From Malacoraja senta (Eukaryota): a stretch of 64,000 nt of DNA. Position numbers and translations under genes: made by a program. Positions within the stretch are counted from its first letter, which is position 1. Each line of letters opens with the position of its first letter. Location: assembly GCA_038087875.1 (NCBI GenBank), contig CM075987.1:22694001-22758000 (forward strand). Reading direction: 5' to 3'. Below, one piece after another: positions 11,911-24,242 of this stretch. Below the pieces are notes generated by a model that did not search any database, had not been told where the DNA came from, and worked only from the letters and a program-made list of their open reading frames with translations.

Positions 11911-12000
11911 TGGCCCTGTCCCACGGTACGAGTTCATTCCAAGAGCTCTCGTGAGTTCAAAAAATCAAACTCGTGGTAAGCTCACGGAGAATGAACGTGG
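11911..12000. mobile_element. Truncated Harbinger-type MITE
   Basis: One TIR (GGCCCTGTCCCACGGTACGAGTTCATTCCAAGAGCTCTC) matching the 42716 element. Confidence 0.7.
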
Positions 12001-12119
12001 CAATGCATTCCACAGATTCACCACCACCACCACCACAAGATAAACGAATCCGCGTATCCATGCACCCATCTAAAGCCTTTTAAATGCCATTATCAGATAG
12101 AATAAGAAGCATTGACTAA

Positions 12120-12275
12120 CACATTGACGTCCATGCAGTCGGGCTCGATTTCGCCCTGGGGAGGGGTGGGTGCCATGCTGGGAAGCCTCAGGTCAGCAGC
12201 GTCCAGGTGCTGCTGGGTCCACTGCCTGTGGTCAGTGTGGTCCTCACGGTTGGACAGGATGGCCTGTTCTTCAAA
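12120..12275 (-). CDS. NOTCH1: NOTCH1 exon 30, 3'-truncated (last ~10 nt and donor absent)
   Basis: cag|FEEQAILSNREDHTDHRQWTQQHLDAADLRLPSMAPTPPQGEIEPDCMDVNV, then the expected RGP is missing. Confidence 0.9.
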
Positions 12276-12288
12276 CTGCGCAAGAGAA

Positions 12289-12488
12289 NNNNNNNNNNNN
12301 NNNNNNNNNNNNNNNNNNNNNNNNNNNNNNNNNNNNNNNNNNNNNNNNNNNNNNNNNNNNNNNNNNNNNNNNNNNNNNNNNNNNNNNNNNNNNNNNNNNN
12401 NNNNNNNNNNNNNNNNNNNNNNNNNNNNNNNNNNNNNNNNNNNNNNNNNNNNNNNNNNNNNNNNNNNNNNNNNNNNNNNNNNNNNNNN
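12289..12488. other. Assembly gap (200 N)
   Basis: Run of N. Confidence 1.
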
Positions 12489-13446
12489 TGTCTGTAGGGG
12501 TGTGTGTGTGTGTCTGTCTGTAGGTGTGTGTGTGTCTGTAGGGGTGTGTGTGTGTGTCTGTAGGGGTGTGTGTGTGTGTGTCTGTAGGGGTGTGTGTGTG
12601 TGTCCGTAGGGGTGTGTGTGTGTCTGTAGGGGTGTGTGTGTGTGTGTGTGTAGGGGTGTGTGTATGTCTGTAGGGGTGTGTGTGTCTGTAGTGGCATGTG
12701 TGTGTATGTAGTGGTGTGTGTGTGTGTGTCTGTAGGGGTGTGTTTGTGTGTGTGTGTCTGTAGGGGCGTGTGTGTGTGTCTGTAGGGGTGTGTGCGTGTG
12801 TGTGTCTGTAGGGGTGTGTGTGTATCTGTAGAGGTGTGTATCTGTAGGGGTGTGTGTGTGTCGTAGGGGTGTGTGCGTCTGTAAGGGTCTGTGTGTCCGT
12901 AAGGGTCTGTGTGTCTGTAGGTGTGTGTGTGGGTCTAGAGGTGTGTGTGTCTCTAGGGGTGTGTGTGTGCCTGTAGGGGTGTGTGTGTCTGTAGGGGTGT
13001 GTGTGTGTGTGTCTGTAGGGGTGAGTGTGTTTGTGTGTCTGTAGGTGTGTGTGTGTCTGTAGGGGCGTGTGTTTGTATGTCTGTAGGGGTGTGTGTCTGT
13101 CTGTAGGGGTGTGTGTATGTCTGTATGGGGTTTGTGTGTGTCTGTAGGGGTGTGTGTGTCTGTAGGGGTGTGTGTGTGTGTGTCTGTAGGGGTGTGTGTG
13201 TCTGTAGGGGTGTGTGTGTGTCTGTAAGGAGGGCTGTGTGTGTGTGGCTGTAGGGGTGTGTGTGTGTGTCTGTAGGGGTGTGTGTGTGTGTAGGGGTGTG
13301 TGTGTCTGTAGGGGTGTGCTTGTGTCTGTAGGGGTCTGTATGTGTGTCCGTAGGGGTGTGCATGTGTCCGTAGGGGTGTGCATGTGTGTGTGTGTCTGTA
13401 GGGTGTGTGTGTGGGTGTCTATAGGGGTGTGTGTGTGTCTATAGGG

Positions 13447-13479
<33 letters not shown>

Positions 13480-13765
13480 TGTCTGTAGGGGTGGGCTGTG
13501 TATGTGTGTGTTTGTAGGGGTGGGTGTGTGTGTCTTCAGGGGTGGTTGTGTGTGTGTGTGCGTGTGGGGTATGTGTGTGCGTGTGGGGTATGTGTGTGTG
13601 CGTGTGGGGTATGTGTGTGTGCGTGTGAGGTGTGTGTGCGTGTGGGGTATGTGTGTGTGCGTGTGGGGTATGTGTGTGCGTGTGGGGTATGTGTGTGCGT
13701 GTGGGGTATGTGTGTGTGTGCGTGTGGGGTATGTGTGGGTGCGTGTGTGGTATGTGTGTGTGTGC
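12489..13765. repeat. (TG)-rich satellite, units like CTGTAGGGG(TG)n then GTGGGGTA(TG)n
   Basis: Direct inspection; abuts the gap. Confidence 0.95.
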
Positions 13766-14308
13766 TTCACAATAAGACCAAGTGCAGCATGATGGAGATC
13801 CTGACCCTAAACTCATCCAGGGACACCAGCAGCATCTTGATCATGTTACTAAACAGCTACATATTTCAGAACATGTATGCAGGTTCATGGTATCTTGGTG
13901 GACAGTGGCCATAGTCCACTCGGGCAGTCGGAGGACACACTCGATGAATGTCTTTAACATTAAAATGCCATTGTTATTGGAGATTTCACTCCTCTGCTCT
14001 CAGTATCCGACACCCTTTAGTCTCCTGACTTCTGGCCTGACTTCCACCCATCTGCCAATCAACCCTCCCTCACCTATATCCACCTATCACTCCACCCTCT
14101 CACCACCTATCAGTCTGCAGAAGATTCCTGGCCTGTCCATTCCCCCCACGGATGTTGCTTGAGCCGCTGAGTTCCTCCAGCACTTTGTATTCTGCTCGAG
14201 ATTCCAATACCTGCAGTTCCTTGTATTTCTATTAAACTTTTGATTAAAACTTGATATATGTCTCGAGGTCTCTGGGACAAATGTGGGGAAGCCAGGACTC
14301 AAGGTCAC

Positions 14309-14449
14309 AGTGGAGCACATAGTCACCAGTTGCCCCAAACACCGGCCACCGAATGGTGAACGAGGTCTGATTGACCTGGACGATGACATGTTGGCCTGGC
14401 TCGCCTCTACGGACCTGCAGGTCTAAAAGACACACGACAGAAGAAGAAG
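14309..14449 (+). mobile_element. Vingi/Ingi-type LINE 3' end, 5'-truncated, 8-bp TSD
   Basis: TVEHIVTSCPKHRPPNGERGLIDLDDDMLAWLASTDLQV* then CACACGACAG(AAG)n tail. AAGGTCAC at 14301-14308 and 14450-14457. Confidence 0.7.
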
Positions 14450-14507
14450 AAGGTCACTAGTACAAATAGCCAGTGTGACCATCAAGGGTGGTGGTGCTGA
14501 CACGTAC

Positions 14508-14936
14508 CCTTTGACCTCTTGCTCGTCCAGCTCTCTGCGGGCCCTTGGGTTCACCATCGTGTAGAGGGAGCGCTTGACGTTGGTGAAGATGCCGGTGAGC
14601 TGGCTGTCGATGTCCTCCACCGATCTCTTCACGTGGTGTTTGTGCAGTTCCGCCTCGTTCCCAAAGTAGGGGTAGACCATCTCGTCGCCTTCGGGATGCT
14701 TCTTGAACTTGACGTTGGTGTGGAGGACGCGGCTGAGCTCGCGCAGGAAGCTGACCGAGTCGTTGCGCAGCCGCTCGGGGGGCACCAGGACGATCAGCAC
14801 CAGCGTGCCGTCCGCCAGCTTCTCCGGCTTGTCGTTGGCGCAGTCCAGCCCGTCCCACTCGCACTCCATGTTGTTGCAACCCTGGTCGCAGTGTCCGTCC
14901 CCATAGTGGTCCTTGCAGTACTGGTCGTAGAGTGGG
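14508..14936 (-). CDS. NOTCH1: NOTCH1 exon 26 (LNR-C, HD-N, S1 furin site)
   Basis: 429 nt; PLYDQYCKDHYGDGHCDQGCNNMECEWDGLDC...FLRELSRVLHTNV...RARRELDEQEVKG. Confidence 0.96.
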
Positions 14937-15104
14937 CTGTGGGCGGGGACAAGCAGCAGCTCTTTACTTGGGGGCAACATCTCAACAACATATCAACACC
15001 CGCGTGTTGTACATCCCTCCATCCCAACAAGCCCAATAATCTCACCCCAACATCCCATCTTTCAATCCCAACGTACAAATAACCCCACCATCACAGTCCA
15101 TAAT

Positions 15105-15330
15105 CCAACTATACCATCCCAACATCTCATTCCACTAAACCATCCCACCATCCTCCTAAACCATCCCAACATCTCATCCCACTAAACCATCCCACTAAAC
15201 CATCCCGACATCTCATTCCACTAAACCATCCCACTAAACCATCCCACTAAACCATCCCACCATCCCACGAAACCATCCCGACATCTCATCCCACTAAACC
15301 ATCCCACCAACCCATCCCACTAAATCATCG
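15105..15330. repeat. Degenerate AAACCATCCCACT minisatellite
   Basis: Direct inspection. Confidence 0.8.
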
Positions 15331-15993
15331 AACCATTCTATCCCACTATATCATGCCCCCACCACCCCACTACCCCTTCCCTCAATCCCAACATACAAAC
15401 CATCCCACTATTCCAATCCGTAATCCATGCCCAAATCCATCGTACAGTCCATCCCACTATTCCATCCCATTATTCTATCCCATAATCCCATCCTCACGAG
15501 GACTTTCTCCCCCTCAACTTCCCAACATATCCACTCCTCCCTTTGGTTCCTTTTTCCTTCATTCTTTCTCTCTCTCTTTCCCGTCCTCCTTCACTTCCTG
15601 AGCAGAATGGAAACCTTCACACCCTGAGTTAGCCCTCCCCCCCCTGCCCCCACCCACCCTCCCCCTCCTGCACCCACCCACCCACGCAACAGCACGTCTG
15701 CCTCAGTGCCCGCTGCCCGTTATTCTCCCTCTACCCCCTCCCTCCACACCAGCCTTGGCTCAGTGCCCACGTCTCTGTGTACCCCCATCACCAGCCATGA
15801 ACCCGTGCCCATTGCTCCCTTACCCCCTATCTCACCAGTCTTGGCTCAGTGCCCTCTGCTCTTGTTACCCCCCTTACCCCCACCTCACCAGCCTTGGCCC
15901 AGTTACCCCCCTTACCCCCACCTCACCAGCCTTGGCTCGGTGACCCAGTGCCCACCACCCTGGTTGCCCCCAGCTCCCCGCAGCCAGACTCAC

Positions 15994-16569
15994 TTGCACT
16001 GCGACTCCATGCTCTGACAGTCGAAGCCGTCGTACAGGCAGCCGGGGTTGTTGCATTGCTCGTCACATTTGCCGTCACCGAAGTAGCGCCAACACTGCAA
16101 GGCCTGCGAGCAGTTCTTCCAGGGGTCGGTGAAGTTGAGTGAGCAGTCGCCCCCGTCCCAGCCGCAGGCGTGGCTGTTGCAGCGGGCCTCGCACACGCGG
16201 TTGGCGGCAAGCCGGGTGCACTGCGGGTTCTCACAGCCCACCTCCACGTCGGGGGGCAGGGTGATGTCCTGGCCGCGGCCCCCCACAAACTCGTAGTCCA
16301 GGATGAAGCACTGCAGGCCGTTGAAGAGCCGCGGGCAGCGGCAGCGGTAGAAGGGCTCGGCGGTCGTCCGCTCGCACGTGCCGCCGTTGTAGCACGGCTG
16401 CGACTCGCACGGGCTGCTGGTGGGCTGGCGGCAGTCGGGACCCCCTCGCCCCGGGGTACAGGCGCAGTACGGCAACCCCCCCCGCGCTCACCACGCACGT
16501 CCCACCGTTACGGCAGCGCAGGGTCCTGCACACACTCGCCTGGTTCTCGCACGATGCTCCCTCGTAGCC
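15994..16569 (-). CDS. NOTCH1: NOTCH1 exon 25 (EGF35-36, LNR-A/B); 1-bp indel in C8 run at 16476-16483
   Basis: GYEGASCEN...CNSHACGWDGGDCSLNFTDPWKNCSQALQCWRYF...QC. Length 576 nt, but phase requires 575 or 578. Confidence 0.95.
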
Positions 16570-17099
16570 CTGCGGGGGAACGGGAGAGGTCACATGTGAT
16601 AGGAGTAGAACCAGGCCATTCGGCCCATCATGATTGGGGATGATCAGCCATGATCACATTGAATGGCGGTGCTGGCTTGATGGGCCAAATGGCCTGCTCC
16701 TGCACCTATTGTCTATTGTCTAAGTCTACTCCACCTTTCAATCATGGCTGATCTATCTTTCCCTCCCAACCCAACTCTCCTGCCTTCTCCCCATAACCCC
16801 TGACACATCTGAGAGGGGAGGGGGCTCTCAGTCAGTCAGACATTAACCTAGAACAGTACAGGAACAGGCCCTTCGGCCCACCATGTCCCTACCAAACACA
16901 ACGCCAAGTTCAACTATAGGGAGGAACTGCAGATGCTGGTTTAACCTGAAGACTGACACAAAAAGCTGGAGTAACTCAGCTGGTCAGGCAGCATCTCTAG
17001 AGACCCTTCTTCACCCTCGACCCAAAACATCACCTCTTCCATTTCTTCTGAGATGCTGCCTAACCAGGTGAGTTACTCCATCTTTTTGTGTCTTCCCAG

Positions 17100-19925
17100 T
17101 TAGATTAGCCTCCTCTGCCTGCCTGCACATGATCCATATCCCTCCATTCCCTGCATATCCACACGTCTGTCTAAAGATCTCCTCAACACCACGAGCTCAT
17201 CTGCCTCCACCACCAACCCCAGCAGCGCGTTCCACCACTCTCTGTGCAAAAAAAAAAACACACGTCTCTTTTAAACTTTGCCCCTCTCTCACCTTAAAGC
17301 TATGCGCTCTAGTCTTTGACATTTCCACCCTGGGAAAAAGATTCTGAATGTCTTCCCCATCTATGCCTCTCATAATTTAATATATTTCTATCAGGCCTTC
17401 CCCCCCCCCCCCCGCATCCCTCACGCTCCAAAACAAAATCCAAGTGTGTCCAATCTCTCTTTGTAGCTAATACTTTCTAATCCCGACAGTATTCTGCTAA
17501 ACCTCTGCTGCACCTCTCCAAAGCCTTCACATCCTTCCTGTAATGGGATGCCCAGATCTACACGCATTACTCCAAACGCATCATATAACCATATAACCAT
17601 ATAACAATTACAGCACGGAAACAGGCCATCTCGACCCTTCTAGTCCGTGCCGAACACGTATTCTCCCCTAGTCCCATATACCTGCGCTCAGACCATAACC
17701 CTCCATTCCTTTCCCGTCCATATAACTATCCAATTTATTTTTAAATGATAAAAACGAACCTGCCTCCACCACCTTCACTGGAAGCTCATTCCACACAGCC
17801 ACCACTCTCTGAGTAAAGAAGTTCCCCCTCATGTTACCCCTAAACTTCTGTCCCTTAATTCTCAAGTCATGTCCCCTTGTTTGAATCTTCCCTACTCTCA
17901 ATGGGAAAAGCTTATCCACGTCAACTCTGTCTATCCCTCTCATCATTTTAAAGACCTCTATCAAGTCCCGCCTTAACCTTCTGCGCTCCAAAGAATAAAG
18001 CCCTAACTTGTTCAACCTTTCTCTGTAACTTAGTTGTTGAAACCCAGGCAACATTCTAGTAAATCGCCTCTGTACTCTCTCTATTTTGTTGACATCCTTC
18101 CTATAATTAGGCGACCAAAATTGTACACCATACTCCAGAATTGGCCTCACCAATGCCTTGTACAATTTTAACATTACATCCCAACTTCTATACTCAATGC
18201 TCTGATTTATAAAAGCCAGCACACCAAAAGCTTTCTTTACCACCCTATCAACATGAGATTCCACTTTCAGGGAACTGTGCACAGTTATTCCAAGATCCCT
18301 CTGTTCACCTGCATTCTTCAATTCCCTACCATTTACCATGTACGTCCTATTTTGATTTGTCCTGCCAAGATGTAGCACCTCACACTTATCAGCATTAAAC
18401 TCCATCTGCCATCTTTCAGCCCACTCTTCCAACCGGCATAAATCTCTCTGTAGACTTTGAAAATCTACTTCATTATCCACAGCCCCACCTATCTTAGTAT
18501 CATCTGCATACTTACTAATCCAATTTACCACACCATCATCCAGATCATTGATGTACATGACAAACAACAGTGGACCCAACACAGATCCCTGTGGCACCCC
18601 ACTAGTCACTGGCCTCCAACCTGACAAACAACCATCCACCATTACTCTCTGGCATCTCCCATTCAGCCACTACTGAATCCATCTTGCTACTCCACCATTA
18701 ATACCCAACCTTTGAACCTTCTTAACCAACCTTCCGTGAGGAACCTTGTCAAAGGCCTTACTGAAGTCCATATATACAACATCCACGGCTTTACCCTCAT
18801 CAATTTCCCGAGTAACCTCTTCAAAAAATTCAAGAAGATTAGTCAAACATGACCTTCCAGGCACAAATCCATGTTGACTGTTCCTAATCAGCCCCTGTTT
18901 ATCCAGATGCTTATATATATTATCTCTAAGTATCCTTTCCATTAATTTGCCCACCACTGACGTCAAACTAACAGGTCTATAATTGCTAGGTTTACTCTTA
19001 GACCCCTTTTTAAACAATGGAACAACATGCGCAGTACGCCAATCCTCCGGCACTATTGCCGTTTCCAATGACATTTGAAATATTTCTGTCATAGCCCCTG
19101 CTATTTCTACACTAACTTCCCTCAATGTCCTAGGGAATATCCTGTCCGGACCTGGAGACTTATCCACTTTTATATTTCTCAAAAGTGTCAGTACTTCCTC
19201 TTCTTTGAATCTCATAGTTTCCATAGCTACTCTACTTGTTTCCCTTACCTCACATAATTCAATATCCTTCTCCTTGGTGAATACCGAAGAAAAGAAATTG
19301 TTCAATATCTCCCCCATCTCTTTTGGCTCTGCAGATACCTGTCCACTCTGACTCTCTAATGGACCAATTTTATCCCTCGTTATCCTTTTGCTATTAATAT
19401 AGCTGTAGAAACCCTTTAGATTTACTTTCACCTTATTTGCCAAAGCAACCTCATATCTTCTTTTAGCTTTTCTAATTTCTTTCTTAAGACTCTTTTTACA
19501 TTTTTTATACTCCTCAAGCACCTCATTTACTCCATGCTGCCTATAATTATTGTAGATCTCTCTCTTTTTCCGAACTAAGTGTCCAATTTCCCTTGAAAAC
19601 CATGGCTCTTTCCAATTTTTACTATTTCCTTTCAAACCGAACAGGATTCCTTTCAGCATCCTATAAAGCTGCAAGCTTCCTCACTCTTATACTTCATGTC
19701 CTGACCGATGAAGGCAAACATACCTTATGCCTTCTTCACCAGTCTATCTACTTGTGTTGCCACGTTCATGGAGTTATGGATTTGGACCCCAAGATCTCTC
19801 TGTACATTAATACTGTTAAGAGTCTTGCCTTTAATTGTCTATCTTCACCTTACATCCGACCGCCCAAAGAGCTACACCTCACACTCCTTCTGATTAAACT
19901 CCATCCGCCATTTCTCTGCCCACTT
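17100..19925 (-). mobile_element. Older degraded CR1 split by the young insertion (17100-17582 and 19656-19925)
   Basis: Degenerate RT sequence ...tactccaaacgcatc continues as gcatcctataaagctgcaa... on the far side. Confidence 0.7.
17583..19655 (-). mobile_element. Young 5'-truncated CR1 LINE, ~2 kb ORF2 (RT) with one in-frame stop
   Basis: ORFs 18670-19674 and 17668-18642 are in frame (NYRPVSLTS, QHGF, DFSKAFD, GVPQGSVLGP, YADD). (TTATATGG)n tail; candidate GCATC TSD. Confidence 0.95.
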
Positions 19926-21051
19926 CTGTTGGACAGGGGACAGGGGACAGGGTGTAACACCACGGTGAAGCTGGTAAATGAATCAGAGAAGAGGTGGTGC
20001 AGTGGGTGAAGCCGCCACCTCATAACCTCAGCAATTCTGCTTCATTCACAACTTCGGGTGCTCTCCATGTGGAGTTTGCACGTTCTCACCACGGCCGCGT
20101 GGCTTTCCTCAGGGTGCTCCAGTTTTAGGCCATCTCTTAAAGATGTGCAGGACTAGGGGGCTAACACTAGGATAACAGAGATCTGTAAATTCCAGGCAAA
20201 AGAGACTGCAAATGCTGTAAAAAAGACCAAAGTGTTGGAGGAACTCGGCTGGTCAGGCAGCATCCGTGGAGGCAAGACAGATCATGTTTTACCAGCCCTA
20301 AATATTGCCTGTCTTTAGCCCTGCTGAGTTCCTCCAGCAGTTTGTTTTGTGCTTTAAATTGCCCTGAGTGGGTGGGTGAGGGGTTAATATGGCAGAGTAG
20401 GAGCATGAATGTAATATTGGGGTCAATGGCTACGGACAGGGTGGGCTGAAGGGCCAGTTTCAGTGCCATCGACTCGGTGATGCCGGCTATAGGTTGCAAG
20501 GTGGCAGAGAAGGTCACGCTGAACTCATGAGCCTGCCCATGGAAACACGCTGCACCCGGGGCACGTGAGAAATGCACAGGACCACAGAAAATGCACGGGA
20601 CCAATACAAATGCACCAGACCAGAACAAATGCACAGGATCAGTGGGGGAGTCTAGGGCCAGAGTTCACAGCCTCAGTATTAACGGACATTCCTTTAACAA
20701 GGAGGAGGGATTTCTGTAGTCTGTGGGTGGTGAATCTGTGGAATTCAATGTCGCGGAAGGCTGTGGAGTCCAAGTCAGTGGATATTTTTAAGGTGGAGAT
20801 AGACTCCTGATTAGTACGGGGCTTCAGGGGTTATGGGGAGAAGGCAGGAGAATGGGGTTGACAGGGAAAGATAGATCAGCCATGATTGAATGGCGGAGTA
20901 GACTTGATGGGTTGAATGGCCGAATTCTGCTCCCTGAATTTATGAGCTTATGACCACAACAAATGCACAGGACAACTGAGTAAATGCACCTCATGTGAGG
21001 AGGGGATGTGAAGAGGAGTGGGGGGGGGGAGGGGGGGGGGGGGTCACTCAC

Positions 21052-21164
21052 CGACGGGCAGCGGCAGATGAAACCGCGGGCGGTGTTCCCGGCGACGGAG
21101 CAGGTCCCACCGTTGCGGCACGGGCGGCTGATGCAGCCGTCAAACACCTGCTCACACCGGACAC
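21052..21164 (-). CDS. NOTCH1: NOTCH1 exon 24 (EGF34)
   Basis: 113 nt; VRCEQVFDGCISRPCRNGGTCSVAGNTARGFICRCPS. Confidence 0.95.
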
Positions 21165-21690
21165 CTGCCGGGGCACAGGGGGCAACGAGTCAGTGGTGCC
21201 GCGAGGCGAGGGTCACCCACCCACCGTCCCCACCCCTCCGGCCATCTCTCCCCCCCCCCCCCATCCCCATCCGTCCGTCTCCTCCCCTCCCCATCTGTCC
21301 CCTCGTCCCCCTCTTCCCATCCTTCCCCTCCCTCCTCCCCATTCGGCTACCTCCCCCACCCCTCTGACCATTGCCCCACCTCCCCGTCGGTTCTCACTCC
21401 TGCCCCCTTTCCCAACCCATCCCCCTCTCTGTCCTTTGCCCCTCCCCCAGTGAACTCCACTCCCCATCCTCGCCCCAACTCCCCTCCCCGTCTCCCCCCT
21501 CCCCCATCCACTGCCCCCTCACCCCGCCCATCCCCTCCCTCCCCCTCCCGCTTCCTTTGCCCCCCTTTCAGTCCCCTCCCATCAGTTCCCCCCCCTCCCC
21601 CTCCCCACCTGTCCACGGCTTCCTCTCCCCGTCCCCCCACATTACCCACTCCCCCCCCCCCCGCCCCCCACCGTCGGGCTGCACCCTGAC

Positions 21691-21948
21691 CTGTGAACCC
21701 CGGGCGGCACTCGCAGCGGAAGGCGTTGATGAGCTGCACACAGTTCTGGGTGCCGCGCGGCTCGCAGGGGTTGGACAGGCACTCGTTAACGTCGCCCTCG
21801 CAGTGCTCCCCCACGAAGCCGGCGGGACAGGTGCAGCTGTAGCTGCCCACCCGGTCCTTGCAGTGGCCCTTGTTGAAGCAGCGGGGCTCCTGGGTCAGCG
21901 AGTCCAGCGGGGGGCTGCAGTCATCCAGGTTGATCTCACAGTGAACGC
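21691..21948 (-). CDS. NOTCH1: NOTCH1 exon 23 (EGF)
   Basis: 258 nt; VHCEINLDDCSPPLDSLTQEPRCFNKG...CECRPGFT. Confidence 0.96.
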
Positions 21949-21967
21949 CTGTGGGCGGAGACAGCGT

Positions 21968-22685
21968 CAGACAATAGACAATAGACAACAGGTGCAGGAG
22001 TAGGCCATTCGGCCCTTCGAGCCAGCACCGCCATTCAATGTGATCATGGCTGATCATCCCCAATCAGTACCCCGTTCCTGCCTTCTCCCCATATCCCCTG
22101 ACTCTGCTATTTTTAAGAGCCCTATCTAGCTCTCTCTTGAAAACATCCAGAGAACCGGCCTCCACCGCCCTCTGAGGCAGAGAATTCCACAGACTCACCA
22201 CTCTCTGTGAGAAAAAGTGTTTCCTCGTCTCCGTTCTAAATGGCTTACTCCTTATTCTTAAACTGTGGCCCCTGGTTCTGGATGCCCCCAAAATCGGGAA
22301 CATGTTTCCTGCCTCTAGCGTGTCCAAGCCCTTAACAATTTTATATGTTTCAATGAAATCCCCTCTCATCCTTCTAAACTCCAGAGTGTACAAGCCCAGC
22401 TGTTCCATTCTCTCAGTCCCGCCATCCCGGGAATAAACCTTGTAAACCTACGCTGCACTCCCTCAATAGCAAGAATGTCCTTCCTCAAATGAGGGGACCA
22501 AAACTGCACACAATACTCCAGGTGTGGTCTCACTAGGGCTCTGTACAACTGCAGAAGGACCTCTTTGCTCCTATAGTCGATTCCTCTTGTTATAAAGGCC
22601 AACATGCCATTCGCTTTCTTCACTGCCTGCTGTACCTGCATGCTTACTTTCATAGACTGATGCACAAGGACCCCCAGATCCCGTC
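21968..22685 (-). mobile_element. CR1 LINE 3' fragment
   Basis: VKKANGMLAFI...LVRPHLEYCVQFWSP...; CTATTGT tail next to the exon 23 acceptor. Confidence 0.9.
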
Positions 22686-23405
22686 AGGAAACGTGGTGGC
22701 TCCATCTACTCACAACCCCAGTCTCCTGCCTTCTCCCAATAACCTTTGACACCCGTACTAATCAGGAATCTGTCGATATCCACTTTAAAATTCCACTCCT
22801 CCTCCCCTTTGTGCAAGCACCAACCAACACCCCTCATCTTGCACAAAGACTAGGACTGGGTGGAGATGGGAGGGTGTAATGGAGGAACATTCTCGTGCAG
22901 GAAGCCTAGCAGAGACAATCCCAAGTCTTGTCCCTGACAACCAGACCAGTGACTGGAGGCCGGATGGGGGTTCGGGTTCGCCGGGTCAACGTGGCCCAGC
23001 TTTAGAACAAGGGTTAGACACAAAATGCTGGAGTAACTCAGCGGGGCAGGCAGCAGCTCTGGAGAGAAGGAGTGGGTGATGTTTCGGGTCGAGACCCGTC
23101 TTCTTCAGACTGAGAGACAGGGGAGAGGGAGGCGAGAAATATGGAAGGGTAAGGTGTGAAGACGACAGATCAAAGCAGACGATGAACACGGCAGAGATAG
23201 ATAGATTCTTGATTAGAACAGGTGTCAGAGGTTATGGGGAGAGGGCAGGAGAATGGTGTTAGGAGGGAGAGATATATCAGCCATGATTGAATGGCGGAGT
23301 AGACTTGATGGGCCGAATGGCCTAATTCTTCTCCTCTCTCTCATGACTTATAACAGGGTAGCGTGCGGAGCTGTTGGGAGACAGGGATGTTCACGGTGAT
23401 CCTAC

Positions 23406-23538
23406 CTTGAGTGCCCCGTGGGCAGGAACACTTGAAGGTGTTGGTGAGGTCGATGCAAGTGCCCCCGTTCTGGCACGGATGTGAAAGGCATTCGTTGATC
23501 TCTTCCGAACAGTTGATTCCATGATAGCCAGCGACACA
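23406..23538 (-). CDS. NOTCH1: NOTCH1 exon 22 (EGF)
   Basis: 133 nt; [44 protein letters not shown]. Confidence 0.96.
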
Positions 23539-24057
23539 CTGCAAGTGATCGGATGGGAGACAGAGAGAGAGAGAGAGAGAGGCTGGTGACTAACCCACTC
23601 TGAACGGCAAGAACCACATCTGCATTATTCCAAGAAATCGGAGCAGAGACTCTCCCGTGGGATGTCGATGAAAGGAACAACTGCCTCCATAGTGCCTTGG
23701 CCACAGGACCAAGCCACAGCCAATACTGGATCATTGTGACCAACTTTCCTTGAGTATCATTGCTTTTTGCATATCTTTCATTCATTTGTCCAGTGCACCT
23801 TCTATATCTCTCGTTTACCCCTTTCCGCTGACTGTCAGTCTGAAGCCTTCAGGTCGAGCCCCTTCTTCAGACTGAGAGTCAGGGGAAAGGGAAAGGAGAG
23901 ATATAGACGGTGACGTAGAGAGAGATATATGAATAAGAACATCTATTATATAGATAATTAATAAATAAATGGTTTCGTACAGAGAGCGTTGATCCAATGC
24001 ACTCTGGCATTGAACCGTAATCACACTGAGCGCCTGCCCGCCCGCCCGCCCGCTCAC

Positions 24058-24242
24058 CTCACAGGAGTAGCCGCCCAGGTAGTCCGTGCAGGTGGCTCCG
24101 TTTTGGCAGGGGTTGGGAGCGCACTCGTCCACCTGCTCCTCGCAGTAGCTCCCCGAATAGCCGGCCTGGCACTGGCAGCGGTGGGTGTTGCCGGCGTCGA
24201 TGCAGAGGCCACTGTTGCGGCACAACAGGCCCGACTCCAGCC
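24058..24242 (-). CDS. NOTCH1: NOTCH1 exon 21 (EGF)
   Basis: 185 nt; [22 protein letters not shown]...DYLGGYSCE. Confidence 0.96.

Noticed and set aside
6252..16569. NOTCH2 or NOTCH3 identity
   Set aside because: PEST tail, LNR region (SLNF.DPWKNC) and the full exon 5-26 complement fit NOTCH1. A phylogeny would be the formal test.
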